Notes: generated by a model not told the origin, from the letters alone. A stretch of 64,000 nt of DNA from Candidatus Peribacteraceae bacterium (GCA_028711445.1 JAQTSD010000002.1:27044-91043); one strand, 5' to 3'. Shown: positions 14,384 through 25,032, numbered from the stretch's first letter. Numbers and translations: made by a program.

Positions 14384-16411
14384 ATGGCTTCATCCGGTCG
14401 CGGCATCGACAACGCGCGGTTCTCGGAAGGGTTCCGCAATCCACGTCCAGAGCTCAATGAGAGTGCAGATATTCGCAGAACCACGTCAACGCGCTTAAGC
14501 GCGTTGCGCGGGGTCATCGGGGATATCGCCCGTCTCGACGATCGGGCTCTACAGACCCAGAAGGTGCATGAATTGAGTAAGGAAGAACTCAAGCAGTTGG
14601 TGAGGGATATCCGTATCAATCTGGCGAATCTTCCTGATGTCTACCATGAGACATGGATGATCGATGCGATTGGCAAGCAGGTGGAGCAGAAGTTTGAGGA
14701 GACCGATTCCGCGAAGAAGAAGGAGAAGGATGAAGTACAGGAGGATTTGCGGAAGCTCGAGGTCGAAGTGAATGCCAAGCGGGGGATCCAGCATCAAGTA
14801 TTTTTACCGAGAGAGTGGTCGTCTACTCGGAAAATAGTCGTGGGGAGTGTGGCGGCGGGTGTCGTAACGGTTGCTGCATTGTCCGCATTATGGGCGGGAT
14901 GGAAACTCCTCACTCGGGAGCCGAAGAACACCCCGAGTGGCGGTATGGGTTGGAAAGGATGGGCAGCGTTGTTCATTGGTGGCGCCGCCGCAGTAGGAGT
15001 CGTCGCGCTCTGGAGGAAATACGACAGCCTCAAAGAGTGGGTCATGAAGTATCTGGATGTCGAAATCAAAGCGAAAGTGGAATTCATCAAGGAGCTCACA
15101 GAATTACACAGCCCCGCCATCCAGCCAGAGTCTCTTCCTGCGAGGGCGGCGGAACTTACGCGCATCCTTGCACAGATCAAGCCGGAGAATCGGAAAGCAT
15201 TCTTGCTCGATGCGTCGGTCACGGGAGGAAAATTCACCGAAGGACCGCCGCCACATGCCTTCACGCGCACGATCGATGTCACAATGGGGAGCGGTCGCAA
15301 GCACAAGGTGATGATCGATGCGGCGGGGAAGGTGACGATTGAGAAGGTCGATGCGCCGAGGGCGGGACCTGAGGCGGTTCCCACCGCATCCGGATCGGCT
15401 GTCATGGCGCTATTGGATATTCATCGCGGTCTTGCGGCCGGGGAAGGTCTGCGTACAGACACCGCACGGCAGGGAGTGGTGACCCTCATGGAAAACCCAG
15501 CATTGCACGTTGCCGATATTCCGCTGAAGGATCTTCTTGATACCACATCCCCTGCGTTTGCCGGTCACCTCGGCCGCATGCCTGATGAACTGTCGAAGTC
15601 CGCCCTCCGGTTTCTTGCCAAGGTGTGTCAGAAAGACATTCGGACCAATGGTCTGCTTCAGAATAAATCCGTGAAAAGTGCCGCGGGTGTGTGGCAACCC
15701 ATTGATCTCAATGCACTCACCCTTGGTCGTTATCTGGATTATGTCGGTCCGGCGATGCGCACCATCCATCGCCATAATCAAGCATGCAAGAGACATCCAT
15801 TAGGATTTGCACCGGTTTACGATCGCCATGCTTTTCAAGAGGCTTTCAGGGAGATATCGCCGGATCATTCCATCCTGGCGGAAGACTTGCGTTCTGCGGA
15901 CGGCAGAGAGGCTCTGCGTACCCTCGATTCTCAATTGGAGCCGCATAGGGATGCATTCATCAATCTTCTTTCAACGATCGGGGCCAACCCAATGTCTATG
16001 TACAACGATGCGATGATTGCATCGGTTCCGGAACCGCAGCGTGCAATCTTTCGTCGAGCGCTCACGGCCCTGAAAGGGAAATTTAATCCGCCGCCCCGTT
16101 GGCTGACGAGGTATGGGCCAGCTTTTCCTACTGTTGTGAATGCCAATGGAAAACTCACGGAGGCATTGCAGTCGCTCTCTATCAGAGATGCTATGCAACT
16201 GTGGTTCATGCGTCAGCAGGCCTACATCCAGATGCCTCCTCCGGATGATTTCGATGATGCATCGGTTCCTGCAAATCATCAAGCGCTCGGACGACTCCAA
16301 TTGTGGCTGAAGGTTGTGGAATTGATTGCACGCGTTGATCCTGTGGTGGCTCAGAATTACTACAAAGCTGTTATCAATCGGGAACCTTCTGTGGGATCTG
16401 CCGGGCCTTAA
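14384..16411 (+). CDS. hypothetical membrane protein with a bilobed (two-helix hairpin) hydrophobic segment
   Basis: 675 aa. Coiled-coil N-terminus, then KIVVGSVAAGVVTVAALSALWAGWKLL, a short loop, and GWKGWAALFIGGAAAVGVVALW, followed by a ~460-aa soluble region. I recognise no family. Confidence 0.65.
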   Translation: MASSGRGIDNARFSEGFRNPRPELNESADIRRTTSTRLSALRGVIGDIARLDDRALQTQKVHELSKEELKQLVRDIRINLANLPDVYHETWMIDAIGKQVEQKFEETDSAKKKEKDEVQEDLRKLEVEVNAKRGIQHQVFLPREWSSTRKIVVGSVAAGVVTVAALSALWAGWKLLTREPKNTPSGGMGWKGWAALFIGGAAAVGVVALWRKYDSLKEWVMKYLDVEIKAKVEFIKELTELHSPAIQPESLPARAAELTRILAQIKPENRKAFLLDASVTGGKFTEGPPPHAFTRTIDVTMGSGRKHKVMIDAAGKVTIEKVDAPRAGPEAVPTASGSAVMALLDIHRGLAAGEGLRTDTARQGVVTLMENPALHVADIPLKDLLDTTSPAFAGHLGRMPDELSKSALRFLAKVCQKDIRTNGLLQNKSVKSAAGVWQPIDLNALTLGRYLDYVGPAMRTIHRHNQACKRHPLGFAPVYDRHAFQEAFREISPDHSILAEDLRSADGREALRTLDSQLEPHRDAFINLLSTIGANPMSMYNDAMIASVPEPQRAIFRRALTALKGKFNPPPRWLTRYGPAFPTVVNANGKLTEALQSLSIRDAMQLWFMRQQAYIQMPPPDDFDDASVPANHQALGRLQLWLKVVELIARVDPVVAQNYYKAVINREPSVGSAGP

Positions 16412-16432
16412 TCATCCAATTTATTTTTCACT

Positions 16433-19400
16433 ATGTCAGAACAAATTCCCTCCCAACAGCCTTCCTACACAGCTCTCGAGCAGATGGCCTCTGTGGCAAT
16501 GGATGAAGCATTGGGCAAGATGTCCATTCAGCAGTTGCAAGCATTGGTTGTGGAAATGAAAGACAGCCCGCGAGTAGCGCAGTCGGTGTTTTCGGCTGTG
16601 AATCGCCGCCTCAGTGCCTTTGAAGAGGTTCAGCGGGGCAAACGAGAGCGAAACGAGACATTGGAACAGGCGCGGCAGCAACTCGAAGATCTCTCCGGAA
16701 AGGTGCATGTTCCGTCAGATGTCCCGACTTCGCCGTCTCCCGGATCGAGTAAGCCAGTCGAGCAACGTACAACGCCAGTTGCTCCTACTGAGACAGTGGC
16801 AGTGGCACCGTCTACTCCTGCACCGACTTCACCAGTGAGTCCGGAATTGCCTCCATCGGCAGTTCCCGCTGTCACTGACACGCCGACGGGACAAGCGGAA
16901 GATCTGCTGCAGGGTCCCGAACGAATCTCACCGGTTGCTCTGGAGATGGCTCGAGATGAAGTGATGGCATCTTTCATAACAGGTTTGCTTCAGATGTATC
17001 CGGATCAGATGGAGAAATCTGGTATCACGGAAAAAGAAGAAGTGAAGGCAGTGACTCGCCTATTACTCTCACGCGCCGATATTCCCAACTGTCGTTTGGG
17101 TTTGCTGTGCAAGGTCCAATCTCTTGCTGACATCGATCGATTGAATATTTTCTCCGCACAGCCGAAGCCGATAGAGGCCGACAAAAAAGCAGCATGGTTC
17201 CTTGCCATGGTGAGTCAGCATCACGAAGCCTTTCTCCGGAAGAAGTTCACCGGTTCCAATGGTCGAAAGCGTTTTGAAGATCTGACAGTCAATGAGTTAA
17301 CGCAATACCTGTGGTATCCTCTCAGGGGTGCCGGGAAACTCATCAAAGGTGTCAAAGACGGTACTCTGGAAGGTGCCGGCATCGAGCAGGTGGCTGAGGC
17401 CATTCTCCCCTCGGCCAAAGAGTCGTTTGAACAGGCTCGGAGCAACATTTCATTGCAGAAGCGGATGTTAGAGTTGAATGCAGATCTACAAGGAAGAGAG
17501 AAGGATTTCCTGACATTCTGCGAGCATTATCGGACGATGACATTGCACGGTCTTACGGCAGATTCTCTCCAGAAAGCTCGCAAATTTTTCCGTTTGGATG
17601 ACATTCCCATATTCATCTCCGCTTTGCACACCCTCTCAGTCAGAATCAAAGATAAGAACAGCCCGATGCGGCAGTATCTGCGCAGGTTCGCCCACGGACG
17701 AAAGCAATTTGAAGAGGTATTGGATGGAAGCTTGGACAAAAGCATCACCATTGGCGATGCCATGGAGATCTATGCCTTGCTGAATAATCTCCGGGAGGAT
17801 GAGTCGGGGGGCTACCCGAAGAGTCTTAAGGACAGTGCCGATGGTACTGCCACGTTCTTCTTGCAGATAAAAATTGCACGCATGATCGGTGCTGCCAATG
17901 ATTGGCAGGGCAATCGCATCAAATATTTTCTATTCAATAACTGCGCGCAGGGCATCGTTTCCGGCGCAGCAAACATTGATCTTCCGGACGGAGCCATTCA
18001 GTATGTTCGTCAGGCGCTCAGTCCTGTTGCGAAAGGGGTATTCAAGCGTTCTGTGGGATGGTTGTGGGATTGGGCTTCGGAAGGTGTGCAAGAAGGTGCA
18101 GCTGTCGCTCTGGAGGCAACTCCTTTGGAGCTGACAGTTGTGGGAGGAGGCACTGCTATGACAGGTGTTGCTGCGTGGAAATTATATCGATATAGATACG
18201 ATTGGCGTTTTCTGCGGGATGTTGCCACTGCGGCGGCTGCACCGGATGCATTCATTCGTCGGCTTGTGCGAGCAGGCCTTTCTCCTGAGTATGCGAGAAG
18301 TATTGTCGGCACGGTGTGGGGATCCGGTGGGGTGTATAATAAACAGTATTATCCTCGCTCATTGAGCGAGCGTGTATCACAACCGGTTGGCCGCGTCACG
18401 ACAAGAGGGAAGGCAGTTCGGCAGATAGAGTATCTCTTGCGAGACAGTGGAAGTGGCATGACCAAGGATCAACTGTGGAAGATCGCGCAACAAATTGATC
18501 CCGTATCGTCTTCCTTGGCGAATCTCCTGCCACAGAAAGTTCGCGCGGCTCGGGAGCTTGGGCAGCGTTGTCAACAGATTGAGAGTATGCCGCGACGTAA
18601 TCCAAAGGAAATAGAGGCATTTCGTAAGGCGAGGAAAGAGTTCGAACAGTCGGCTCGCGCCTTTCAACGTGGCTTCAATGAATATTGCAAGATGGCTCAC
18701 CTGCCCGAAGCCAGGCGCGAAGCGGCGGTGGCAGCCATCGGTCGGCCCTTAATGGATCAAGAGTGGACACAGCTTCAAGAGGCGCATGCGGCCAAGGGTC
18801 TCCAAGAAAAATATCGCATTCTTGTTGGGGATATCGCTGACCTCAAACCGGCAGAGGTGAAGCGCCGCGTCGAATTTGCGGATCGCATGATCCGCACTGG
18901 GTTGGCAGGGGAGTTCGATGAAGCTGCCGATGCAGGTCGTATTCTATGGGAAGCCAGTGCAGAAGGGGCAAACGTTGTGCAAAGCGCGAAGCCACGTTCC
19001 ATTGGTGGTGAAGGAGCCAGTGCCTTGGATGATCAGCCCGAGAGTGTGAAGCAGGCGGCGACGAAGCAGGCTGTTGCGGCAGAGGGTGAGCCGGGTGTCG
19101 CAGCTCGTGCTGCAGACAGCGGTGTGGAAGCGACCGGCGGCGCCACGCGTTCCGCGCGGCAGGCGGAGCAGCAGTGGGCGAAGCTGCTCAATGAACAGCA
19201 GTGGGCGAAGGTCCTCAAGAACTTCAAGAACGTGCGCGTGGAGGATGTCGATGCTCTCCTCAAGCTTGCGCAGGAGACGGGAGCCATTGATCTGGATGCC
19301 AAGACACTCGCTCTCATCCGCCAGAGCGGCAAGGCCAAGGAGATCATCGCCGGTGCCGTGCAGACGACGGACGTGTCGGAGGTGGGACGTGCGCTCAAAG

Positions 19401-20956
19401 CGGCGAAGCTTGCTGCCAGCCTTCGTATTGCGGGCAATGTTGCCGGCTTCGCGGGGGATGCTTTTGGTCTGTATATGGCATACTGCGATTGGCAGGAGAA
19501 TGGAAAGAAAATCGCGGCCACGAGCAACCCGGCTCTCAAAGGTCTCTACTCCCGGATGAAGATCGTCTACGCGACGGAGGGAACATCGAGCGCAGTGGGG
19601 ATCGCCGTCGGGTCTGTGGTCATCGTCAAAGCTTTCGTTGCGGGAGAGGGCGCGCTTGCTGCGTTCGGGGCATCCGGCGGACTCGTCATGCTGCCCATCG
19701 CCGCGGCAACCATTTCCGGCAAGCTCATTGCCTCGCAGATGTACGCCGTCGCCGAGACGTGGCAGCAAGACGAGCGGGATTGGTTCAAGAAGCATGAAGG
19801 AGATCTTCTCAATCAGTTGCGCGCTCTCGGTCCCGGTCAGCAGAGCTACTGGCAGGGGAGCGGTCGGACATCCCTTGCCGGACAGGCGGCTCGCAAGATC
19901 AAGAGTTGGGTGACGCTCAATGGCGATGAGTACCGGCAGTGGCAAGATGAGATCTTCTCTCAGACCGAATCCGCGAATGCAGGTGCGCGCTTCCAGATCA
20001 CGAGAGCACTCCTTCGGCGCATGACGGCCCTGCCGCGTGAGCCGGGTGAGACCGATCAGCAGTATACCAAGCGCTTCGACGAGCACGTCATGGAGCAAGC
20101 CAAATTCATCGGCTTCGTCTCCGAAGGGGGCTTCTCTGCGCAGATGATGCCGATCTACGAGCAGGCGCAGACATTCGCTGAGGTGCAACTGCTTTCGAAG
20201 AAGCTTCGTGAGCAGGGGGCGACGCGAATGATCCGTGTGCAGAAGAGAGATGCGGAGACCGGGAAAGAATCTACGGTGGAGTTCGATCTCGCGAAGTTCG
20301 ATCAGCTGCTCAAGGAGACGGCCACCGAGCGTGGAACATCAATCTCTCAACGTGGCAAAGATGGCGTGAGTGCCTTGGAGGTGCTCATGGCGTTTGAGCG
20401 TGGGGAGAAGGAACAGGATCTTATACAGGTGGGTGTTATGAAGGAGCTCTCCAGAGGATCGGAGAATAGTGAACACATGACGAATACCACCATGCAGCAT
20501 CTTCTCTTGCAGGAGTTGCGCCATAGCCTTGCGCTATTTGAGAGCAGGCTCTTAAGTACGAATATGGTTGGATGGGAGTGGACTGGTGGCGAGGGGAAGA
20601 CCCGGGACAATGTCCGCGTCATCGTGCAGTATCACGTTCGCAGGCTCCTACGGCAGGAGGCAGACAGGCTCTGTGCTCTCTCCTCTCAATCCGTTGAGGA
20701 ATTCGATGCATCCGTACAGCAGATCAAGGCGTACCTCGAGCAGGATGGCTCCAAGTTCGAGGCGGAGTTTGCCAGTCAGCAGAACAAGGATATCTACCAG
20801 CGGGAAGCGTCTGAGCTGCGTGCTCAATTTGCGGAAGAAGGCCAGACCACGCAGCAACTGCTCTCCACACCGTGGCTTGCACAGCATCTTTACGTGATTC
20901 CTCCGAAGGGGTCTGTAGAGCGGGGGGTTGGAAGGATCGAAGAGCCCTCGCAGTGA
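16433..20956 (+). CDS. very large hypothetical protein (1507 aa) with P/S/T-rich linker and central hydrophobic segments
   Basis: Uninterrupted 4.5-kb ORF starting 21 nt after the previous stop. It has a Pro/Thr/Ser-rich stretch (nt ~16700-16890), hydrophobic blocks (AGNVAGFAGDAFGLYMAY; AVGIAVGSVVIVKAFVAGEGALAAFGASGGLVMLPIAAATISG) and no recognisable catalytic motif. Confidence 0.7.
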   Translation: MSEQIPSQQPSYTALEQMASVAMDEALGKMSIQQLQALVVEMKDSPRVAQSVFSAVNRRLSAFEEVQRGKRERNETLEQARQQLEDLSGKVHVPSDVPTSPSPGSSKPVEQRTTPVAPTETVAVAPSTPAPTSPVSPELPPSAVPAVTDTPTGQAEDLLQGPERISPVALEMARDEVMASFITGLLQMYPDQMEKSGITEKEEVKAVTRLLLSRADIPNCRLGLLCKVQSLADIDRLNIFSAQPKPIEADKKAAWFLAMVSQHHEAFLRKKFTGSNGRKRFEDLTVNELTQYLWYPLRGAGKLIKGVKDGTLEGAGIEQVAEAILPSAKESFEQARSNISLQKRMLELNADLQGREKDFLTFCEHYRTMTLHGLTADSLQKARKFFRLDDIPIFISALHTLSVRIKDKNSPMRQYLRRFAHGRKQFEEVLDGSLDKSITIGDAMEIYALLNNLREDESGGYPKSLKDSADGTATFFLQIKIARMIGAANDWQGNRIKYFLFNNCAQGIVSGAANIDLPDGAIQYVRQALSPVAKGVFKRSVGWLWDWASEGVQEGAAVALEATPLELTVVGGGTAMTGVAAWKLYRYRYDWRFLRDVATAAAAPDAFIRRLVRAGLSPEYARSIVGTVWGSGGVYNKQYYPRSLSERVSQPVGRVTTRGKAVRQIEYLLRDSGSGMTKDQLWKIAQQIDPVSSSLANLLPQKVRAARELGQRCQQIESMPRRNPKEIEAFRKARKEFEQSARAFQRGFNEYCKMAHLPEARREAAVAAIGRPLMDQEWTQLQEAHAAKGLQEKYRILVGDIADLKPAEVKRRVEFADRMIRTGLAGEFDEAADAGRILWEASAEGANVVQSAKPRSIGGEGASALDDQPESVKQAATKQAVAAEGEPGVAARAADSGVEATGGATRSARQAEQQWAKLLNEQQWAKVLKNFKNVRVEDVDALLKLAQETGAIDLDAKTLALIRQSGKAKEIIAGAVQTTDVSEVGRALKAAKLAASLRIAGNVAGFAGDAFGLYMAYCDWQENGKKIAATSNPALKGLYSRMKIVYATEGTSSAVGIAVGSVVIVKAFVAGEGALAAFGASGGLVMLPIAAATISGKLIASQMYAVAETWQQDERDWFKKHEGDLLNQLRALGPGQQSYWQGSGRTSLAGQAARKIKSWVTLNGDEYRQWQDEIFSQTESANAGARFQITRALLRRMTALPREPGETDQQYTKRFDEHVMEQAKFIGFVSEGGFSAQMMPIYEQAQTFAEVQLLSKKLREQGATRMIRVQKRDAETGKESTVEFDLAKFDQLLKETATERGTSISQRGKDGVSALEVLMAFERGEKEQDLIQVGVMKELSRGSENSEHMTNTTMQHLLLQELRHSLALFESRLLSTNMVGWEWTGGEGKTRDNVRVIVQYHVRRLLRQEADRLCALSSQSVEEFDASVQQIKAYLEQDGSKFEAEFASQQNKDIYQREASELRAQFAEEGQTTQQLLSTPWLAQHLYVIPPKGSVERGVGRIEEPSQ

Positions 20957-20975
20957 AGTGAGGTAAGATAGCCCG

Positions 20976-21764
20976 GTGCCCCTCTCCTACTCCCAGCTCG
21001 CTATGTACCGTCGCTGCCCGAGGCAGTACGAGTTTGCGGTCAGAAAGAAGTTGCCGTGGGGAATCAGTCCCGCAGAGAGCTTCGGGGCGAGCGTGCACAA
21101 TGCGCTCAAGAAGTGGGGGGAATTGGAGCGAGCTTCAAGCGGAAAGCTCCAAGCTTCAAGCGGTCAACAGGAATTATTCGCTGCTGAGAAGAAGGGTGAG
21201 GAGATAGAGCTCACGGAGGAAACGCTGCTCAAGATCTGGAGCGGGTGCTTCTCGCCCGAGGCATTCGCTACCCGTCTCGAGGCGGACTTTGCACGGGCCC
21301 GCGGGGAGACGCTCCTGCAGCAGTTCTACGCGTGGTGGGCGCGCGAACGGCGCCGCGTCGTTGCAGTCGAGAAATCTTTCTCCATCGCTCTCGACGGCTT
21401 CAAGCTCACAGGCCGGTTGGATCGCGTCGAGCAGATCGATGGGGGAGTTGCCATCATCGATTTCAAGACGGGGGAGCTCAAGGAGCAGGATGCGGTGGAT
21501 AGCGACCTGCAGCTCTCCGTGTACGCACTTGCGGCGAAAGAACTCTTCGATACGCCGTGCCACGGCCTGACGCTGCTCTTCCTCAATGAGGACGAAGTGA
21601 TCGAACGCACGACACAGCGTAGCGAAGGACAGCTCAAGGATGCCGTGCGGCAGATGCATGCACTTGCTGAGCGGATCGAATCCGCGGATTTCCACCCCAC
21701 GCCGGGGAAGGCTGTCTGCCGGTACTGTCCCTATAGAGGAGTGTGTGATATGGCGGCGGTGTGA
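20976..21764 (+). CDS. PD-(D/E)XK nuclease, Cas4/AddB-like with 4-Cys cluster
   Basis: N-terminal YRRCPRQYEF, the core GRLDRVEQIDGGVAIIDFKTGE, and C-terminal CRYCPYRGVC give the Cys-x(n)-CxxCx5C pattern of Cas4/AddB iron-sulfur nucleases. GTG start. Confidence 0.75.
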   Translation: MPLSYSQLAMYRRCPRQYEFAVRKKLPWGISPAESFGASVHNALKKWGELERASSGKLQASSGQQELFAAEKKGEEIELTEETLLKIWSGCFSPEAFATRLEADFARARGETLLQQFYAWWARERRRVVAVEKSFSIALDGFKLTGRLDRVEQIDGGVAIIDFKTGELKEQDAVDSDLQLSVYALAAKELFDTPCHGLTLLFLNEDEVIERTTQRSEGQLKDAVRQMHALAERIESADFHPTPGKAVCRYCPYRGVCDMAAV

Positions 21765-21850
21765 GGGGGGCAGAGGAGATATAGCTAACGGATAGAAGGG
21801 ACGACTGGTACCATTGTGCTGCGCACAAGACGAAATGCTACTTTCACGTC

Positions 21851-22939
21851 ATGCAGAAACCCTCCTACACCACGATCGTCGTCAAAATCGGCACGAACGC
21901 GCTTCTGACACCTCAGAACACGTTGGACAAAGGTGCGATCGCCCGATTGATGCGGCAGATTGCCTCGTTCAAGAAAAACAAGGTGAAGGTCACTATCGTT
22001 TCCTCGGGAGCCATGGCGTGCGGCAGGAGTCGCTTGGGTCGCCGGAAGTCGGCTGTGGAATCGGTGGGGGAACGCCAACTACTCGCTGCCGTTGGACAGG
22101 TGGAGCTCATGCTCAACTACCGGGCGGCGGCGCAGCAGCACCAATTGATCGTCGCGCAGGTTCTCGCCACCAAGGAGGATTTCCGCACCAGGGATCATTA
22201 TGCCAATATGCGGTACTGTTTCGACGCTCTCCTTCGGGAAGGGGTAATTCCCATCGTGAATGAGAATGATGTGGTGGCTGTGGAGGAACTCATGTTCACT
22301 GACAATGACCAACTCGCAGGGCTCGTGGCATCGATGATCGGCGCCGATGCATTGATTATCCTTTCAAATATCGACGGCGTCTTCGATCGCCCGATCGGAG
22401 AGAAGGGGGCCGAGCTCATCAAGACTTTCCATCCTGCTAAGGATATGAATCGCATCCGGATCGGTCACAAATCCTCCTTTGGGCGTGGAGGGATGCAGGC
22501 GAAGCTCGAGACGGCCAAGCTCCTCTCTGCACAGGGGATCACAACGCACATCGCCAATGCCGGCGCTGCAGATGTCCTCCTGCGCATCCAACGGGGAGAG
22601 GCTGTGGGGACTACGATCCTTCCAACACATTCTCATTTGTCGCGTACACGGCGCTGGCTCGCCAGCTCTGCCGATCATCGATGCGGGAGCGTAGCCGTCG
22701 ACCCCGGCGCAGGGAAAGCGCTAAGCGCGGATCAGCCGGCTAATCTGCTCCCTGTGGGGATCCGGTCTCTCGAAGGGGCATTCCAGAAAGGCGACATCGT
22801 GTCCGTTCTCGATGAAAAGGGGACGATGATCGGGATTGGTATGGCTGCTTACAACCATTCCATCCTTGCGAAGTGCATGGGGAAACGCGGGCACCCCCCC
22901 TTCATTCGAGCCGATTACTTCTTCCCATTCCTCTCATGA
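21851..22939 (+). CDS. proB: glutamate 5-kinase (with PUA domain)
   Basis: IVVKIGTNALL...VTIVSSGAMACG...QLLAAVGQ...IPIVNENDVV...FTDNDQLAG...FGRGGMQAKL, plus a C-terminal PUA domain (GDIVSVLDEKG). A TGc-TACTTT box ends 6 nt before the ATG. Confidence 0.92.
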   Translation: MQKPSYTTIVVKIGTNALLTPQNTLDKGAIARLMRQIASFKKNKVKVTIVSSGAMACGRSRLGRRKSAVESVGERQLLAAVGQVELMLNYRAAAQQHQLIVAQVLATKEDFRTRDHYANMRYCFDALLREGVIPIVNENDVVAVEELMFTDNDQLAGLVASMIGADALIILSNIDGVFDRPIGEKGAELIKTFHPAKDMNRIRIGHKSSFGRGGMQAKLETAKLLSAQGITTHIANAGAADVLLRIQRGEAVGTTILPTHSHLSRTRRWLASSADHRCGSVAVDPGAGKALSADQPANLLPVGIRSLEGAFQKGDIVSVLDEKGTMIGIGMAAYNHSILAKCMGKRGHPPFIRADYFFPFLS

Positions 22940-23736
22940 TTCCCACGGCCATCATCGGTGCGGGCAATATGGGCTCTGCCTTATATAAAGGTCTTGCTTC
23001 CCAAGGAAAAACCGACCGGATCTGGTTATGCGATCAGCACGCGGAGAAGCTTACGATTGCTTCCATGGATCGCAGGATCAATCATCCGGCAGATGCCGGG
23101 AAAGTCGCGGAATGCATCCTGCTGGCGGTCAAGCCTCAGTCCTTCTCTACTCTGATGACGACTGTCGGCAATGCCTGGGCCGGCACATTGGTGATTTCCA
23201 TCATGGCAGGTGTCACGATGAAAACGGTGGTAGATGCCACAGGTGCCTCCGCTGTTGTGCGTGCTATGCCCAATCTCGGAGCGCGTGTCGGGCGCAGTAT
23301 CACGGGGTGGCATCCGTCGCCCGCAGTCACCCCCGTTCAGATGGAACATGTCGAAGAACTGTTCTCCTCCATCGGTATGACAGTGCGGCTCGCGGAGGAA
23401 TCGCAGATGGATGGATTCACGGCGGTAGCCGGCTCGGGACCTGCCTATGTCTTTCTTCTCGCCGAATTACTCGAGAACGCCGCGCGGGAGCTTGGGGTCG
23501 ATGAGGCGACGAGCGCGCGGATTGCGCGGGATCTCCTTGGAGCAGGGAGTCTCTTGCTCGACGGGAAGGAGCGCAGCGCTCTCGAGTGGCAGGAAGCGGT
23601 TGCATCCAAAGGCGGCACCACCGAAGCGGCGTTACACGTGATGCAGGAAAAAGGTTTGCCTGCGATCTTCCACGATGCAATTGCTGCAGCCGCGGAGCGC
23701 TCCCGTTCCCTTTCTCGTGATGACAAGTCTCACTGA
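22936..23736 (+). CDS. proC: pyrroline-5-carboxylate reductase
   Basis: IIGAGNMGSALYKGL...LLAVKPQ...RAMPNLGARVG...VAGSGPAYVFLLAELL...SKGGTTEAAL. ATGA overlap with the proB stop. Confidence 0.9.
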   Translation: MIPTAIIGAGNMGSALYKGLASQGKTDRIWLCDQHAEKLTIASMDRRINHPADAGKVAECILLAVKPQSFSTLMTTVGNAWAGTLVISIMAGVTMKTVVDATGASAVVRAMPNLGARVGRSITGWHPSPAVTPVQMEHVEELFSSIGMTVRLAEESQMDGFTAVAGSGPAYVFLLAELLENAARELGVDEATSARIARDLLGAGSLLLDGKERSALEWQEAVASKGGTTEAALHVMQEKGLPAIFHDAIAAAAERSRSLSRDDKSH

Positions 23737-24970
23737 ATATCTACAGGCAACCAAGCAGGCCAGCAGGGTCCTCGCGGAAGTTTCCGAGGAGCAGATTGAG
23801 CTGCTTCTGCGCCAGTCGGCGGATGCACTCGAGCGCGACGCGGAAGTAATTTTGGCAGCCAACAAGCTGGATCTCGCCCGCATGGCTCCGGAAGATCCCA
23901 CGTTTGATCGACTCCTTCTCAATCGCGAGCGTATCCATGCCATTGCCAATGATGTCCGCGCGGTTGCCGGCCTTCCCTCGCCTGTCGGGAAAATACTCGA
24001 AGAGCGTACGAGGCCGAACGGCCTGAAGATTTCGAAGGTTGCCACCCCCATCGGAGTGATCGGCATCATCTACGAAGCGCGGCCGAACGTGACGATTGAT
24101 TCATTCTCGTTGTGCTTCAAGTCGCGCAATGCCTGCGTTCTAAAAGGAGGAAGCGATGCCTCATTCTCCAATGAAGCCCTCGCCGACTGCATTCATCGGG
24201 TACTCCGTGAGGCATCCATTCCCCAGGAGACGCTCCTTCTATTCCCTTCCAACCGCACTGCCGTAGGCGAAATGCTCCATGCCCGGGGATTCATCGACGT
24301 GGTTATTCCCCGGGGCAGTCAGAAACTCATCGACTTCGTGCGCGAAGAGGCGACGATCCCCGTCATCGAGACTGGGGCGGGCAGCGTGCACATTTATGTC
24401 GACAAATCGGCGGATGTCTCTATCGCGGCTTCCGTCATCTTCAACGCCAAAACGCGTCGTCCCAGCGTCTGCAACACCGTCGATACTGTTCTCATCCACG
24501 AGAGTCGTCTCGGCGATCTGCCGCAGATCGGCGAGCCACTCGCAGCGGCGCGTGTCCGTATCTTTGCGGACCAGTCCGCTTTCGATCACTTGCGCGGGTC
24601 CTACGATTCCTCATTACTGGAGTCGGCGAAAGAGGAGCATTTCGGAACGGAATTTCTCTCGTTGAAGCTTTCGATTGCAACCGTACAGAGCATCGATGAG
24701 GCGCTCGTGCACATTCAGCGGCATTCCTCCGGCCATAGCGAGTCCATCATTGCGAAGGATCAGGAGGCGATCGAGCGTTTCCTCCGCGAAGTCGACGCCG
24801 CCGCCGTGTATGCGAATGTTTCCACCGCGTTCACCGACGGAGCGCAGTTCGGCCTCGGCGCCGAGATCGGCATCTCGACGCAGAAGCTTCACGCGCGCGG
24901 TCCCATGGGCCTCGAGGCGCTCACGAGTTACAAATGGATCGTAAGGGGGAATGGACAAGTGAGACCGTAG
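23720..24970 (+). CDS. proA: glutamate-5-semialdehyde dehydrogenase (gamma-glutamyl phosphate reductase)
   Basis: PIGVIGIIYEARPNVTIDSFSLCFKSRNACVLKGGSDA...VIPRGSQKLI...CNTVDTVLIH...HSESII...VYANVSTAFTDG. Overlaps the proC 3' end. Confidence 0.92.
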   Translation: MTSLTEYLQATKQASRVLAEVSEEQIELLLRQSADALERDAEVILAANKLDLARMAPEDPTFDRLLLNRERIHAIANDVRAVAGLPSPVGKILEERTRPNGLKISKVATPIGVIGIIYEARPNVTIDSFSLCFKSRNACVLKGGSDASFSNEALADCIHRVLREASIPQETLLLFPSNRTAVGEMLHARGFIDVVIPRGSQKLIDFVREEATIPVIETGAGSVHIYVDKSADVSIAASVIFNAKTRRPSVCNTVDTVLIHESRLGDLPQIGEPLAAARVRIFADQSAFDHLRGSYDSSLLESAKEEHFGTEFLSLKLSIATVQSIDEALVHIQRHSSGHSESIIAKDQEAIERFLREVDAAAVYANVSTAFTDGAQFGLGAEIGISTQKLHARGPMGLEALTSYKWIVRGNGQVRP

Positions 24971-25032
24971 AGTTCTTCGATTGTCTCCTTCTCCGTCCAA
25001 GCTTAAGATAACTTTGTTTTCTTTCCTTCGTT

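Noticed and set aside
24971-25032. A possible T-box or other riboswitch leader upstream of proS.
   Set aside because: The intergenic region is only 62 nt, too short for a T-box (about 200 nt or more). I see no specifier or antiterminator structure.
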